64,000 nucleotides of DNA from Candidatus Desulfaltia sp. (GCA_030656555.1 JAUSPN010000101.1:2941-66940), one strand, 5' to 3'. Numbered from the stretch's first letter, positions 20,444-30,517 are shown. The notes: a model not told the origin generated them from the sequence alone. A program made the numbers and translations.

Positions 20444-20901
20444 TATTCAATTTTAACGCGTCCCGTTAAAGCAACACAGACATCTTTCGTTGAACCAACA
20501 GAATTAGTTAGAGTTATAGTTGACCCGTAAGCAGTCCCTCTGGGATAAAAAATCGGATTAGCAGTTGCGCTAAATGTTACCTCAGAATATTCGCTTTGAA
20601 TATCTTTGGTGTTCGTCCATTCACCGCTATCTTCTGCATTATTATTGTTGTCATCATCTAATATCTTATACTGATGATTATTGCTAAGAAAGAAAACCTT
20701 AAACCTGTTATTCTCTTTAACCGCTTTCATCCTCGCTGCCATCAAATCTCCCATTACCTGCCTGGCCGCTCCGTTTAATCGGTGTTTCGGCATGTAAGAC
20801 AGAAAATTTGGAACGGCAATGCCCGCAAAAACCGCCAGAATAGCAATGATAACGATCAGTTCAATAAGTGTAAAGCCGGATTGTTTATTGCAAAGCCTCA
20901 T
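20443..20901 (-). CDS. GspH/FimT-like prepilin-type minor pilin
   Basis: GFTLIELIVIIAILAVFAGIAVPNF...RLNGAARQVMGDLMAARMKAV. Confidence 0.7.
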   Translation of the reverse strand: MRLCNKQSGFTLIELIVIIAILAVFAGIAVPNFLSYMPKHRLNGAARQVMGDLMAARMKAVKENNRFKVFFLSNNHQYKILDDDNNNNAEDSGEWTNTKDIQSEYSEVTFSATANPIFYPRGTAYGSTITLTNSVGSTKDVCVALTGRVKIE

Positions 20902-20939
20902 AGAGCCTCTGAAGAATGGGGTTTAAAATTGATTTACAT

Positions 20940-20954
20940 GCAAATTTTGCGCCA
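20940..20954 (-). promoter_or_regulatory. Candidate sigma54 (-24/-12) promoter for the minor pilin operon
   Basis: Minus strand reads TGGCGCAAAATTTGCA. The GG and GC spacing is identical to the TGGCACG-N4-TTGCW consensus. It lies about 39 nt upstream of the ATG at 20901. Confidence 0.45.
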
Positions 20955-21162
20955 GCCACTACTTCAGGCCTCGTCAAGTAGTCGAGTAGTTAACTGATCA
21001 AGTGGTTGTTGCTATGTGCCTGTCTACGCCGACCCCGTAGGTCGGAACAATCGTACTGGGATGAGTCTGCCTGCCCTGTTAAATTCCGAAGGACTATTTA
21101 ACCAGGGTGGCTAAATCTAAAAGAAAAAACAGTGAAAATAACCAGTTCCGGGGGAAAATCAA

Positions 21163-22053
21163 CTACCTGCTGCAAATAAAATCCACACCATTTTGAAACA
21201 TGCGTATGCCGGCTGTAGCGCCTGTATTTATTGCGCCTCCACGGCGCTTTATCTTTTCCTTATCGCGCGTCCAGTCCGGATGATTTGTCCAGTGGTTAAA
21301 GGCTTCGGGATGAGGCATAAGGCCGAAGATCCGGCCGGTGGGATCGCATATACCGGCAATATCATTTATTGACCCGTTTGGATTAAACGGGAATTTGCCC
21401 TCTGCGGGATTTCCGTCCGGCATGGCATACTGGATAACGACCTGGTTGTTTTTTGTTAGGCGCTGGATTATGTCCTTATCCGAATAAAATTTTCCCTCAC
21501 CATGCCTTATGGGAAGCTCAATCTTGTCAAATCTGACCTCTGACCTCTGACCTCTGACCTCTGACCTCTCTCCATGCCTTACAGGAAGCTCCAGGGTATC
21601 AAATCCTTTTGTAAATACACATGGAGATAAAGGATTAACCTTCAGCATTACCCAGTCGTCCCTGAAATTTCCACAATCATTAAATGTAAGGGCAATGGAT
21701 CGTGTCTTGTAATTGCCTTTAAAGCCAGGCAAAAGCCCCATGTTGACAAGCGTCTGGAATCCATTGCATATTCCAAGCACAAGATTCCCTTTGTCAACAA
21801 ATTCAAGTATTTTATCGCCTATATTTGTCTTCAGGCGCACAGCCTGAATCACACCGGCGCCATGATCGTCTCCCCAGCTGAACCCTCCCACAAAGACCAT
21901 TATCTGAAAATTATCAAGAGTCACAGAACCGTCAATAAGCGAGTTAATATGCACCCTACTGGCTGAAGCGCCAGCCAGTTCAAGGGCATAAGCTGTCTCA
22001 TTATCACAGTTCAGGCCGTATCCGGCCAGGACAAGAGCATTTACCATCTTCAT
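21163..22053 (-). CDS. purQ: Phosphoribosylformylglycinamidine synthase, glutaminase subunit PurQ (carries a 24-codon in-frame insertion)
   Basis: LGICNGFQTL (nucleophile Cys) and PIRHGEGKF (His/Glu); overlaps purL by 4 nt. Confidence 0.9.
   Translation of the reverse strand: MKMVNALVLAGYGLNCDNETAYALELAGASASRVHINSLIDGSVTLDNFQIMVFVGGFSWGDDHGAGVIQAVRLKTNIGDKILEFVDKGNLVLGICNGFQTLVNMGLLPGFKGNYKTRSIALTFNDCGNFRDDWVMLKVNPLSPCVFTKGFDTLELPVRHGERSEVRGQRSEVRFDKIELPIRHGEGKFYSDKDIIQRLTKNNQVVIQYAMPDGNPAEGKFPFNPNGSINDIAGICDPTGRIFGLMPHPEAFNHWTNHPDWTRDKEKIKRRGGAINTGATAGIRMFQNGVDFICSR
21534..21568. repeat. (TGACCTC) x5 tandem repeat inside purQ, flanked by a 24-bp imperfect duplication
   Basis: Array read directly. 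The duplicated segments ctcaccatgccttatgggaagctc (21496-21519) and ctctccatgccttacaggaagctc (21568-21591) encode ELPIRHGE / ELPVRHGE. Confidence 0.9.
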
Positions 22054-25000
22054 ATTAAATCTCCAAACGGTTTTTTCCAGGCAGACTTCAAGTCTTTAAC
22101 AGGGATGGAAATAATGGTCTTGTTTTTCTTTTTGCTTTTAGAATCGCTGATAATTAAATCACCGGATTTATCTGTTATAACCCCTATACAGGAACAAGGA
22201 AGCCCTTTAAAAATATCTTCAAATATCTTTCTGTTTTCAGGATTTATTGTTACTATAAAGCGACCCGCTGATTCTGAAAATAAAATGGTGTCAATACGAT
22301 TACTCAGGATTGAAGCCCTGTCTGCGTGCGGCGCACATGCAGGCACAAGGGCAAGATCAACTTTCATGCCCAGATCTCCGCCAATGGCAACCATTGTTAG
22401 ATGCACGCCCAGACCACCGCGATATATTCCATGGGCAGATGCAACAAGTTCTTTTTCAATAGCGCTGCCAAGCGCCCTGTAAAGCCTGGCGAACTGTCTG
22501 GCATGCACCTGCGGAACATTCAGGCCGACATATCCATAATGTTCGTAGTATTCGGAGCCTCCAAGCTCATTTCCTGTTTCTCCAAGTATATAAACCAGAT
22601 CACCGGGTATCTTGGAGTCCATTGTAATGCATTTGTTTATATCGTCGATAACAGATATGGTTGAAAACTGGATGGTTTCAAGAGCAGATACCTTGTGGGT
22701 TTCACCATACCGGCCTGCAAGATATCCATCAACATACATGCTGTCTTTACCTGAAAGGAGCGGTATCCCATATTCCAGGCAGATATCCCTAAGCGCCCGG
22801 CATGAACGTACCAGTTGCGCTGCCTTAAATCTGCCGTCAGGATTATCTTCAGGATGATATTGAATGTTGGGCCAGCAAAAATTATCCACACCACCTATCG
22901 CGTCCAGATCTGCCCCGACAGCAATTAGCCTGCGAACAGCCTCGTCAATAGTGCAACTTGTCATATGATAAGCATCTATTTTCGAATATGTGGGTAACAG
23001 CGCCTGGGCAAAAGCAAGACCCTTCTCTGAATCAAGCACAGGCCTTATAACGGACGCATCGCTGTTAACATCACGGCCAGCGCCTACAAGAGGTTTAATA
23101 ACACTTGTTCCCTGTACTTCATGGTCATACTGTCTGGATATCCATTCCCTGGAACATATGTTGGGACGCGACAAAATATCTGTCAGCAATACCTCATAGT
23201 CACGGGGCTCCCTTATAACCGGTTCAAAGAGTCCTCTTTGACCAGGCTCCTGCCAGTGCGCATCAAATTCCCACTGTGGAAAACCAGCGCTTAACAAATC
23301 AAGATTAATATAGGCGCACGTCTTCCCGTTATGGGTGATATGAAGTTTCCCTGAGTCCGTATATTTACCAATAACAGTGCTCTCAACAGCATGCTTTTTT
23401 GAAAGTGTAAGAAAACAGTCCAGATCCTCCTGCCTTATGGCCAGAGTCATACGCTCCTGGGATTCTGAAATCCATATTTCCCATTGATCAAGGCCTTTAT
23501 ATTTTAAAGGAACCTTTTCAAGCTGGATTTCACATCCATTTGAAAATCGAGCAGATTCCCCTACAGAGGATGAAAGCCCTCCTCCTCCGTTGTCTGTAAT
23601 AAATCTTATAAGCCCTTGGTCGCGCGCCTCTAATATAAAATCATGCATCTTTTTCTGGGTATATGGATCTCCTATCTGTACATGACCAGCTGGAGTGCTT
23701 TCAGAAAAAACCTCGGATGAAGCTGTCACACCATGAATCCCGTCTTTGCCGACCCTTCCGCCGCACATAATTACCAGGTCTCCAGGTGATGTTGTTTTCT
23801 GCTGTGCAGGCTCTCCCTTTATCTGCGAGGGCATTATGCCGACGGCTGTCACGAAAACCAGAGATTTCCCCATATAACCATGGTGAAAAATGAGCTGCCC
23901 AAAAGTTGTGGGAATACCGCTCTTGTTGCCGCCGTCCCGCACACCTTCTATAACCCCATCCAGAAGGCGTCTTGGATGAAGATGCGGGATAAGATCTCCA
24001 TTATAATCCCTTAGCCCGACACAATAACCATAGCCCCCCATAATCAGCTTTGCGCCCTTGCCTGTTCCCATGGGATCGCGATACACGCCGACAATGCCGG
24101 TTATTGCTCCGCCGTAAGCCTCCATGTTGGATGGAGAATTGTGAGTCTCACCTGTAATAACGTAATAGTGCTCGTCGTCAAATTGTCCTGCGCCGGCATT
24201 GTCCCACAACACAGACACAACCCACGGCTTTTTTTCCTTTAACGAGAGTGTCGGCTGCTTGATACAGGTCTCAAAAATATTGTCCTCAACCTCTGCATAG
24301 CCTGTTGAAAGATCCTGATAATGGAACAGCCCTTGGAAGGTATTATGGTTGCAATGATCACTTCTTGCCTGGGAAATATATTCAAGTTCAACATCTGTGG
24401 GTTCTGCAAGACCTACCAGAGCGCGCTCTGCCTGAACCTTGCTGTCAAAAAAATAGGCTCTGATGGTTGGAATATCGTTTGGATTCAAAGCAAGGTTTCG
24501 TTCATCGCTTATTCTTTTCAGTGTTTCATCGGTGTCAATCGGGATCGGCATAACAACCGGCTTATGATCAAGCCTGACTTTGGGAATAATAATTCCAGTT
24601 CCGATTTTATTGTCCCAGTTGCGCTTTGAATATATCTTGCATCTTTGTATAATGTTGTTGGCTAATAGTTCACCGGCGATTTTATCAACATCTTCAGCTG
24701 TCAAACCCTTTCCCTGCAGACAATACCGTTTTGAAGTATAAATCGCCTCTCCGGGGTTAAACTTTATTCCTAAAATATCCTCTACCGCCTCAACAGCGGT
24801 GCTGCCTGGATTATCCTTGACACCCGGCCTGAAACCAACCCAGATAATCCAGTCAAAATCAATTAAAAGAGAATTATAAGACGATGTCTGTGTTACAGGA
24901 TTTGTAAAGATTTCTTTCTGAATGGTTTTTAACTGGTCAGCGGTCAGGTCGGCATCAATAGTAAGCGCATTAATAGTGCGTACACATGAAAGCTTCAGGC

Positions 25001-25088
25001 CAAAATAATCAAACGCCTTCCGGCGAATCCCTTCCCCTTCAGCATCAATAAGATCCTGATTAAGCGCTATTTCGAGTCGATACGGCAT
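22050..25088 (-). CDS. purL: Phosphoribosylformylglycinamidine synthase PurL (long form with PurS-like N-terminus)
   Basis: 1012 aa with HNSPSNMEAYGGAITGIVGVYRD and AIGGVDNFCWPN motifs, directly upstream of purQ. Confidence 0.9.
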   Translation of the reverse strand: MPYRLEIALNQDLIDAEGEGIRRKAFDYFGLKLSCVRTINALTIDADLTADQLKTIQKEIFTNPVTQTSSYNSLLIDFDWIIWVGFRPGVKDNPGSTAVEAVEDILGIKFNPGEAIYTSKRYCLQGKGLTAEDVDKIAGELLANNIIQRCKIYSKRNWDNKIGTGIIIPKVRLDHKPVVMPIPIDTDETLKRISDERNLALNPNDIPTIRAYFFDSKVQAERALVGLAEPTDVELEYISQARSDHCNHNTFQGLFHYQDLSTGYAEVEDNIFETCIKQPTLSLKEKKPWVVSVLWDNAGAGQFDDEHYYVITGETHNSPSNMEAYGGAITGIVGVYRDPMGTGKGAKLIMGGYGYCVGLRDYNGDLIPHLHPRRLLDGVIEGVRDGGNKSGIPTTFGQLIFHHGYMGKSLVFVTAVGIMPSQIKGEPAQQKTTSPGDLVIMCGGRVGKDGIHGVTASSEVFSESTPAGHVQIGDPYTQKKMHDFILEARDQGLIRFITDNGGGGLSSSVGESARFSNGCEIQLEKVPLKYKGLDQWEIWISESQERMTLAIRQEDLDCFLTLSKKHAVESTVIGKYTDSGKLHITHNGKTCAYINLDLLSAGFPQWEFDAHWQEPGQRGLFEPVIREPRDYEVLLTDILSRPNICSREWISRQYDHEVQGTSVIKPLVGAGRDVNSDASVIRPVLDSEKGLAFAQALLPTYSKIDAYHMTSCTIDEAVRRLIAVGADLDAIGGVDNFCWPNIQYHPEDNPDGRFKAAQLVRSCRALRDICLEYGIPLLSGKDSMYVDGYLAGRYGETHKVSALETIQFSTISVIDDINKCITMDSKIPGDLVYILGETGNELGGSEYYEHYGYVGLNVPQVHARQFARLYRALGSAIEKELVASAHGIYRGGLGVHLTMVAIGGDLGMKVDLALVPACAPHADRASILSNRIDTILFSESAGRFIVTINPENRKIFEDIFKGLPCSCIGVITDKSGDLIISDSKSKKKNKTIISIPVKDLKSAWKKPFGDLI

Positions 25089-25091
25089 AAT

Positions 25092-25167
25092 GGTTCAGGG
25101 TTCAGGGTTCAGGGTTCAGGGTTCATTTCTTTCTAACTTGGAACCGTGAACCGTGGAACTGTGAACC
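25092..25167. repeat. Hairpin element: (GGTTCAG) x4 arm versus GAACCGTGAACC-type arm
   Basis: ggttcagggttcagggttcagggttcagggttca tttctttctaacttg gaaccgtgaaccgtggaactgtgaacc. Confidence 0.8.
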
Positions 25168-25185
25168 TAAATAGTTACATTCCTT

Positions 25186-26253
25186 TTAACTAAAAAATAT
25201 ACGTGAAATATCGTTATAAAACACGAAGATCATCAGCAATATTAATATTAAAATCCCTGCCTGCTGAGCAATTTCACGAACTTTTATACTGACCGGACGT
25301 CCTGTTGCGGCTTCGATAAAAAAGAAAACCAGATGACCGCCATCTAAAACCGGTATGGGAAGTATGTTTAAAATACCGAGATTGATACTAAGCAGAGCGA
25401 TGAAAAAAACAAAACTTGTCGCTCCTTCCCTGGCCTGTTGCCCTGCCATCTCGGCAATCATTATCGGACCGCCCATGGTTTTTATAGAGATAGTTCCCTG
25501 TATCATTTTACCAATACTAATTACAACTAATTTGGAAATTTTCCAGGTTTGGATAATACTCTCTGAAAAAGCCTGAAACGGATTCAACTCTCTTGCGAAC
25601 ATATCACCGGAGGATTTAATTCCGATCACATATCGGTTAATTTCATCGCCGAATATACTTTTTGTGGAAATTTGGTTTGGAATAACATTGAAAACAAGGA
25701 TCGATCCTCCCCTGAGAACCGTTAAGGCAAGGCTTTTACCTTTGCTCTCGGTAATAATTCCGGCCATCGTCTCCCAACTCTTGACAGCAAACCCATCAAT
25801 TTCTATTATCTCATCATCCTTTTGCAATCCTGCCTGATACGCCGGCGAACCCTCGGTAACATCTCCGACAGTAGGTTTTAAAACAAAGGTGCCATAACTT
25901 TGAAAAATTCCGAAAAATATTATTACAGCAAGAAGAAAATTAAAAAAAGGACCTGCCGCAACGATTAAAATCCGTTTAAAAACATGCTTATGTGTAAATG
26001 AAAAAGGCATGTCAACAGGAGATATATCTGCGTTTGGTTCTTCCCCCACCATCTTGACATATCCGCCAAGCGGCATTATAGAAACAATATAATCGGTTCT
26101 GCCTATCTTTTTTCCAAACAGTTTAGGGCCAAACCCTAATGAAAATTTTTCCACTCCCACTCCAAAAAACCTTGCGACAAGGAAATGGCCAAGTTCATGA
26201 AAAAAAATAAGTATCCCCAAAACTATGACAAATGAAAATATGGTAGTAAACAT
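25186..26253 (-). CDS. rseP: RIP metalloprotease RseP (M50 family)
   Basis: FFHELGHFLVARFFGV (HExxH), a PDZ-like middle, and NLGILNILPIPVLDGGH. Confidence 0.85.
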   Translation of the reverse strand: MFTTIFSFVIVLGILIFFHELGHFLVARFFGVGVEKFSLGFGPKLFGKKIGRTDYIVSIMPLGGYVKMVGEEPNADISPVDMPFSFTHKHVFKRILIVAAGPFFNFLLAVIIFFGIFQSYGTFVLKPTVGDVTEGSPAYQAGLQKDDEIIEIDGFAVKSWETMAGIITESKGKSLALTVLRGGSILVFNVIPNQISTKSIFGDEINRYVIGIKSSGDMFARELNPFQAFSESIIQTWKISKLVVISIGKMIQGTISIKTMGGPIMIAEMAGQQAREGATSFVFFIALLSINLGILNILPIPVLDGGHLVFFFIEAATGRPVSIKVREIAQQAGILILILLMIFVFYNDISRIFFS

Positions 26254-26271
26254 AATTATAAGTTCGAGCTC

Positions 26272-27429
26272 TTAGACGCCGATTATCTCCTTTTTTGCGT
26301 ATTCCCGGGCCCATTTGTCAGCTTCGATAATATCAGACAGCTCAGGATTTGCGACAACAGAGTGAATCTCCATTGTCCTGCTTATAACCTCTGGTATTTT
26401 AACAAACGAAATGCGCCTGTCTAAAAAAGCCTGCACAGCCATCTCATTTGATGCATTTAAAACCGCGGGAAGGGTTCCACCTGCCTTGCCTGCCGTATAA
26501 GCAAGGACTAAACAGGGAAACCTATCTAAATCAGGCTTTTTAAATGTCAAAGGTTCCATGTTTACAAAATCAGGTATCGGTTGTCTTAGAGAAAGACGCT
26601 CCGGATATGATATGGCATATGCTATCGGCACCTTCATGTCCGGTATGCCAAGTTGGGCAATTATTGCTCCATCCCTGAAAGAAACCATTGAATGAATCAC
26701 GCTTTGCGGATGAATCACAATCTTTACCATATTCAGAGAAACCTTGAAAAGGGATTTGGCCTCTATTACTTCAAGCCCCTTGTTCATAAGCGTGGCCGAA
26801 TCAATGCTGATCTTTTTGCCCATCTGCCAGGTTGGATGCGCAAGAGCATCTTCCGGCGTTATGCTTGCAAATTCACTTGCCGGCCGGTTCAAAAATGGGC
26901 CGCCTGAGCCTGTAAGTAAAATACAGTCAAGATCCTCTTTTCGCTGACCAACAATACATTGAAAAATAGCGCTGTGCTCGCTGTCGATCGGAAGTATGTT
27001 TATCCCTTTTTCATCAGCCCTTTTCGCAATGATCTCGCCTGCCATTACAATGGATTCTTTGTTGGCCAGCGCAATGTTCTTGCCTGCCTCTATTGCTGCA
27101 AGAGTCGGCACAAGACCTGCTGCACCCACCATTGCGGACACAACCATATCAACAGATCCATGTGTGGCTGCGGCCCTGTATCCATCTTCCCCATACATTA
27201 TTTCAACACGGGTCTTTGGAGGAAGTATTTTTTTCAGTTCAAGAGCCCTGTTTTCATCAATAACAACGGCAAGTTCAGGAGAAAATCTCTTGATCTGGCC
27301 GGCTAACAATTTAATGTTGGTTCCAGCCGCAAGAGCTTTAATACCGAATCGCTCAGGAAACATTTCTATAATTGCAAGAGCATTACAACCGATTGATCCG
27401 GTAGACCCAAGTATGGAAAGCTGTTTCAC
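26272..27429 (-). CDS. dxr: 1-deoxy-D-xylulose 5-phosphate reductoisomerase
   Basis: LSILGSTGSIGCNAL...LANKESIVMAG...PIDSEHSAIFQC. Confidence 0.92.
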   Translation of the reverse strand: MKQLSILGSTGSIGCNALAIIEMFPERFGIKALAAGTNIKLLAGQIKRFSPELAVVIDENRALELKKILPPKTRVEIMYGEDGYRAAATHGSVDMVVSAMVGAAGLVPTLAAIEAGKNIALANKESIVMAGEIIAKRADEKGINILPIDSEHSAIFQCIVGQRKEDLDCILLTGSGGPFLNRPASEFASITPEDALAHPTWQMGKKISIDSATLMNKGLEVIEAKSLFKVSLNMVKIVIHPQSVIHSMVSFRDGAIIAQLGIPDMKVPIAYAISYPERLSLRQPIPDFVNMEPLTFKKPDLDRFPCLVLAYTAGKAGGTLPAVLNASNEMAVQAFLDRRISFVKIPEVISRTMEIHSVVANPELSDIIEADKWAREYAKKEIIGV

Positions 27430-28271
27430 AGCAGTATATATTCCTTAAAAAAATATGCGACAGGAGCTGCAAACAAAAGCGCATCAATTCGATCAAGGAT
27501 ACCGCCGTGACCGGGCAGAATTGAGCCTGAATCTTTCACGCCGGAATATCTTTTAAGTTCGGATTCAAACAGATCGCCAACCTGCCCGGCAACTCCGATT
27601 AAAAGAAAAAACAGGATGCTTGGCCCCAGTGGCAATGATTTTAAAAAATAATTCATAAAGATAAGACCTGCCCCCAAAGTCGCTATAAGTCCACCAATAG
27701 CGCCTTCAATAGTCTTTCCAGGGCTAACGGCAGGACAAAGTTTATGTCGCCCCAAAAGGCGGCCAACATAGAATGCTCCTGTATCACCCGCAAAAACAAG
27801 AGCCAGCAGAAAGAAAATCCAGACTGCGCCATCAGCATCATTTCGTATTAACACCATGCAGGAAAGAAATAATGGAATGTATATAATGCCAAGGATCTGC
27901 TTTGCAATTAGCTCTACAACCGAGGGATTTGTCTTGAAGTAGCGCAGAGAAATCAGTCCGGAAAAAATAAGGTTTAAAATAATAAGGCCAAAAACAATAT
28001 TAAACGAGTTTATATATGCGGCCATAATAATGATAGGACTTATGATAAAAGCTGAAAGCTGAAAGCTGAAAGCTGAAAGGTTTTTAACTTCTTGCTTTGA
28101 GCTTTGAGCTTTATTGAACACTATGCGAAAATATTCTACAAGCGCCATCATGCATACTATACAAATAAATATAGCAAACAGAATTGATCCCCCTTTCCAA
28201 GTCAGCAAGACAAGAAGGGGAAGAGCCACGATAGCTGTAATCCAACGTTTAAAATGCATATTGTTTTTCAA
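27426..28271 (-). CDS. cdsA: Phosphatidate cytidylyltransferase CdsA (with an in-frame repeat insertion)
   Basis: C-terminal SELKRYSGVKDSGSILPGHGGILDRIDALLF signature. Confidence 0.85.
   Translation of the reverse strand: MKNNMHFKRWITAIVALPLLVLLTWKGGSILFAIFICIVCMMALVEYFRIVFNKAQSSKQEVKNLSAFSFQLSAFIISPIIIMAAYINSFNIVFGLIILNLIFSGLISLRYFKTNPSVVELIAKQILGIIYIPLFLSCMVLIRNDADGAVWIFFLLALVFAGDTGAFYVGRLLGRHKLCPAVSPGKTIEGAIGGLIATLGAGLIFMNYFLKSLPLGPSILFFLLIGVAGQVGDLFESELKRYSGVKDSGSILPGHGGILDRIDALLFAAPVAYFFKEYILL
28047..28112. repeat. Heptamer-armed hairpin element inside the cdsA coding sequence
   Basis: (GCTGAAA) x4 at 28051-28078 faces gctttgagctttgagcttt at 28094-28112. It encodes NKAQSSKQEVKNLSAFSFQLSAF in frame. 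Confidence 0.75.
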
Positions 28272-28272
28272 A

Positions 28273-28350
28273 TTAGGAGTTGGAAAATTTAGGAATTTAG
28301 GAATTGAAGGTATTTTAATGCTTTTAATCCCAAATTCCTCAATCCCTCAA
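28273..28350. repeat. Hairpin element with AATTTAGG-type arms, same family as 7219-7318
   Basis: ggaaaatttaggaatttaggaattgaaggtattttaatgcttttaatcccaaattcctcaatccctcaatt. Confidence 0.7.
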
Positions 28351-28364
28351 TTATTTGTCGTGTT

Positions 28365-29159
28365 TTAAACTTTGCCGAATCTGCGTTTTCGGTGCTGGTA
28401 GTTTTTCAAAATCTGCATAAACTCATCTTTGCTGAAATCAGGCCACAATGTATCTGTAACATAAATTTCAGTATAAGCGATTTGCCACAGAAGAAAATTG
28501 CTTATGCGCATCTCGCCGCTGGTTCTTATCAACAGATCAGGATCCGGCATCCCTTTTGTATAAAGGGAATCAGATATAACATCATCTGTTATTGAATCAG
28601 AATCGATTATGCCCTTTCTAACCTTTATTGCAATATCTTTTACCATTCTGACTATCTCAGCTCTGGCCCCATAACTCAACGCAAGGTTTAGAAGCATACC
28701 GTTATTTTTTTCCGTTAAAGCCATGGTCTTATATAGCGCATTACGAACATTTTCCGGCAAACGCTCAATCTGCCCTATTGCATTGAGCCGGATATTATTA
28801 TCCAATAATTTTTTTTGCTCTGATTTAAGAAAGTTTGCAAGAAGGGTCATAAGAGCAGCAACTTCCACTTGTGGTCGCTGCCAGTTTTCTGTGGAAAAAG
28901 CATACAGGGTCAGGATGGAAATTCCTATTTCACGGCAGCACTCAACAATTGTTCGAACTGTTTCAGCTCCTTTTTCATGACCTTTTATCCGGTTTAAAAG
29001 GCGCTGTTTCGCCCATCTGCCGTTTCCATCCATAATGATGGCCACATGAGAAGGATTTGCAGTGTTACGATCTGTATAAACATGGCCGTCTTCACTAAAA
29101 TTCAAGGATCTCTTTCTCTTTTTCGTTATAGATATCGTCAATTTGCTTGATATGCTCAT
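28365..29159 (-). CDS. uppS: Undecaprenyl diphosphate synthase
   Basis: HVAIIMDGNGRWAKQR...ENWQRP...RTSGEMRISNFLLWQIAYTE. The start is uncertain because the ORF overlaps the frr 3-prime end by 65 nt. Confidence 0.88.
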   Translation of the reverse strand: MSISSKLTISITKKRKRSLNFSEDGHVYTDRNTANPSHVAIIMDGNGRWAKQRLLNRIKGHEKGAETVRTIVECCREIGISILTLYAFSTENWQRPQVEVAALMTLLANFLKSEQKKLLDNNIRLNAIGQIERLPENVRNALYKTMALTEKNNGMLLNLALSYGARAEIVRMVKDIAIKVRKGIIDSDSITDDVISDSLYTKGMPDPDLLIRTSGEMRISNFLLWQIAYTEIYVTDTLWPDFSKDEFMQILKNYQHRKRRFGKV

Positions 29160-29661
29160 CTGTTATTTTCTGGACCTGATCCTGAGCCCTGAAAGCATCA
29201 TCTTCCGCAATCTCGCCGTCCTTTTTTAAACCTTTTAACAGATCTATTGAATCACGCCTTATATTACGCAGCGCAACCTTATAATCTTCGCACATTTTAC
29301 GCACGATCTTTACAAGCTCTTTTCTTCTCTCCCCTGTAAGAGATGGAATTGATATTCTTATTATCTTACCGTCGTTTGAAGGTGTTAGGCCAAGATCCGA
29401 TTTCAATATCGCCTTCTCGATCTCCTTGATTACAGAGCTATCCCACGGCTGTATTGTAATAAGACTGCTTTCAGGAACTGAAATAGATGCCATCTGGGCA
29501 ATTGGAGTCGGAGTGCCATAGTAATCAGCCCGTATGCCGTCAAGCAGAGACTGGGAGGCACGCCCTGTCCTGACCCTTTTTATTTCATTTTTCAGGGCTG
29601 ATGCCGACTTGCCCATTGAATCTCTTGTTTCCTGATAAATTGAATTAATCATCTCTTTCAC
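29095..29661 (-). CDS. frr: Ribosome recycling factor
   Basis: LKNEIKRVRTGRASQSLLDGIRADYYGTPTPIAQMASISVPE. Confidence 0.93.
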   Translation of the reverse strand: MKEMINSIYQETRDSMGKSASALKNEIKRVRTGRASQSLLDGIRADYYGTPTPIAQMASISVPESSLITIQPWDSSVIKEIEKAILKSDLGLTPSNDGKIIRISIPSLTGERRKELVKIVRKMCEDYKVALRNIRRDSIDLLKGLKKDGEIAEDDAFRAQDQVQKITDEHIKQIDDIYNEKEKEILEF

Positions 29662-29784
29662 CTAATAACTTGAGACTTTCGAAAAACCATCGTTATTTGT
29701 CGTTTCGACCAAAGAGAGAAGTCTTAACGGACCGGCAGTTTGCATAAAACCTTATGATAACATAACTGCTTGCGTGAATAACAA

Positions 29785-30513
29785 CTACTCGACTCCTCGA
29801 CTACTTATCATAGTCCCGATCTCCTCACCGCATACAATCTTTCTGAAATTTCCTTTTTCTTTAAGATTAAAAACAATAATTGGTAGTTTATTGTCCATGG
29901 CCAGAGAAATAGCTGTCGTATCCATGGCTTTGAGCTGTTTTTCAAGAACTTTCATGTAAGTGATTTTTTTTATGAATTTAGCATCTTTGTTAAGTTCAGG
30001 ATCTGAATCATAAAAACCGTCAACTCTGGTAGCTTTTAGTAAAATTTCAGCATGAATTTCCTGGGCTCTTAATACGGCAGCCGTATCCGTAGTAAAGTAC
30101 GGGTTGCCGGTACCGGCTGCAAAAAGCACAACACGTCCTTTTTCAAGATGGCGTATAGCTTTGCGAAGTATATACGGTTCAGCTATTTCATGCATTGATA
30201 TGGCCGACTGTATACGGGTTTGAACCCCTCTTTTCTCAAGAGCATCCTGCAATGCAATACTGTTGATCACCGTAGCAAGCATTCCCATGTGATCAGCAGC
30301 TGTTCTATCCATGCCGAATGAACCTGCGCTAACCCCTCTGAATATATTGCCGCCGCCGATAACTATAGCAATCTGAATCCCGAGATCAAATACCGAGCGG
30401 ATTTCATCAGCCATATACTTTATCCTTTCCTGGCTGATTCCAAAGTCCATATCTCCCATAAGGGCTTCGCCGCTAAGCTTTAACAAAACTTTTTTATACC
30501 GAGTTAATGTCAA
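29785..30513 (-). CDS. pyrH: UMP kinase
   Basis: [15 protein letters not shown]...[12 protein letters not shown] prefer the TTG at 30513, preceded by GGGGAG; the track ORF extends to 30582 and would overlap tsf. Confidence 0.9.
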   Translation of the reverse strand: MTLTRYKKVLLKLSGEALMGDMDFGISQERIKYMADEIRSVFDLGIQIAIVIGGGNIFRGVSAGSFGMDRTAADHMGMLATVINSIALQDALEKRGVQTRIQSAISMHEIAEPYILRKAIRHLEKGRVVLFAAGTGNPYFTTDTAAVLRAQEIHAEILLKATRVDGFYDSDPELNKDAKFIKKITYMKVLEKQLKAMDTTAISLAMDNKLPIIVFNLKEKGNFRKIVCGEEIGTMISSRGVE

Positions 30514-30517
30514 AGTT

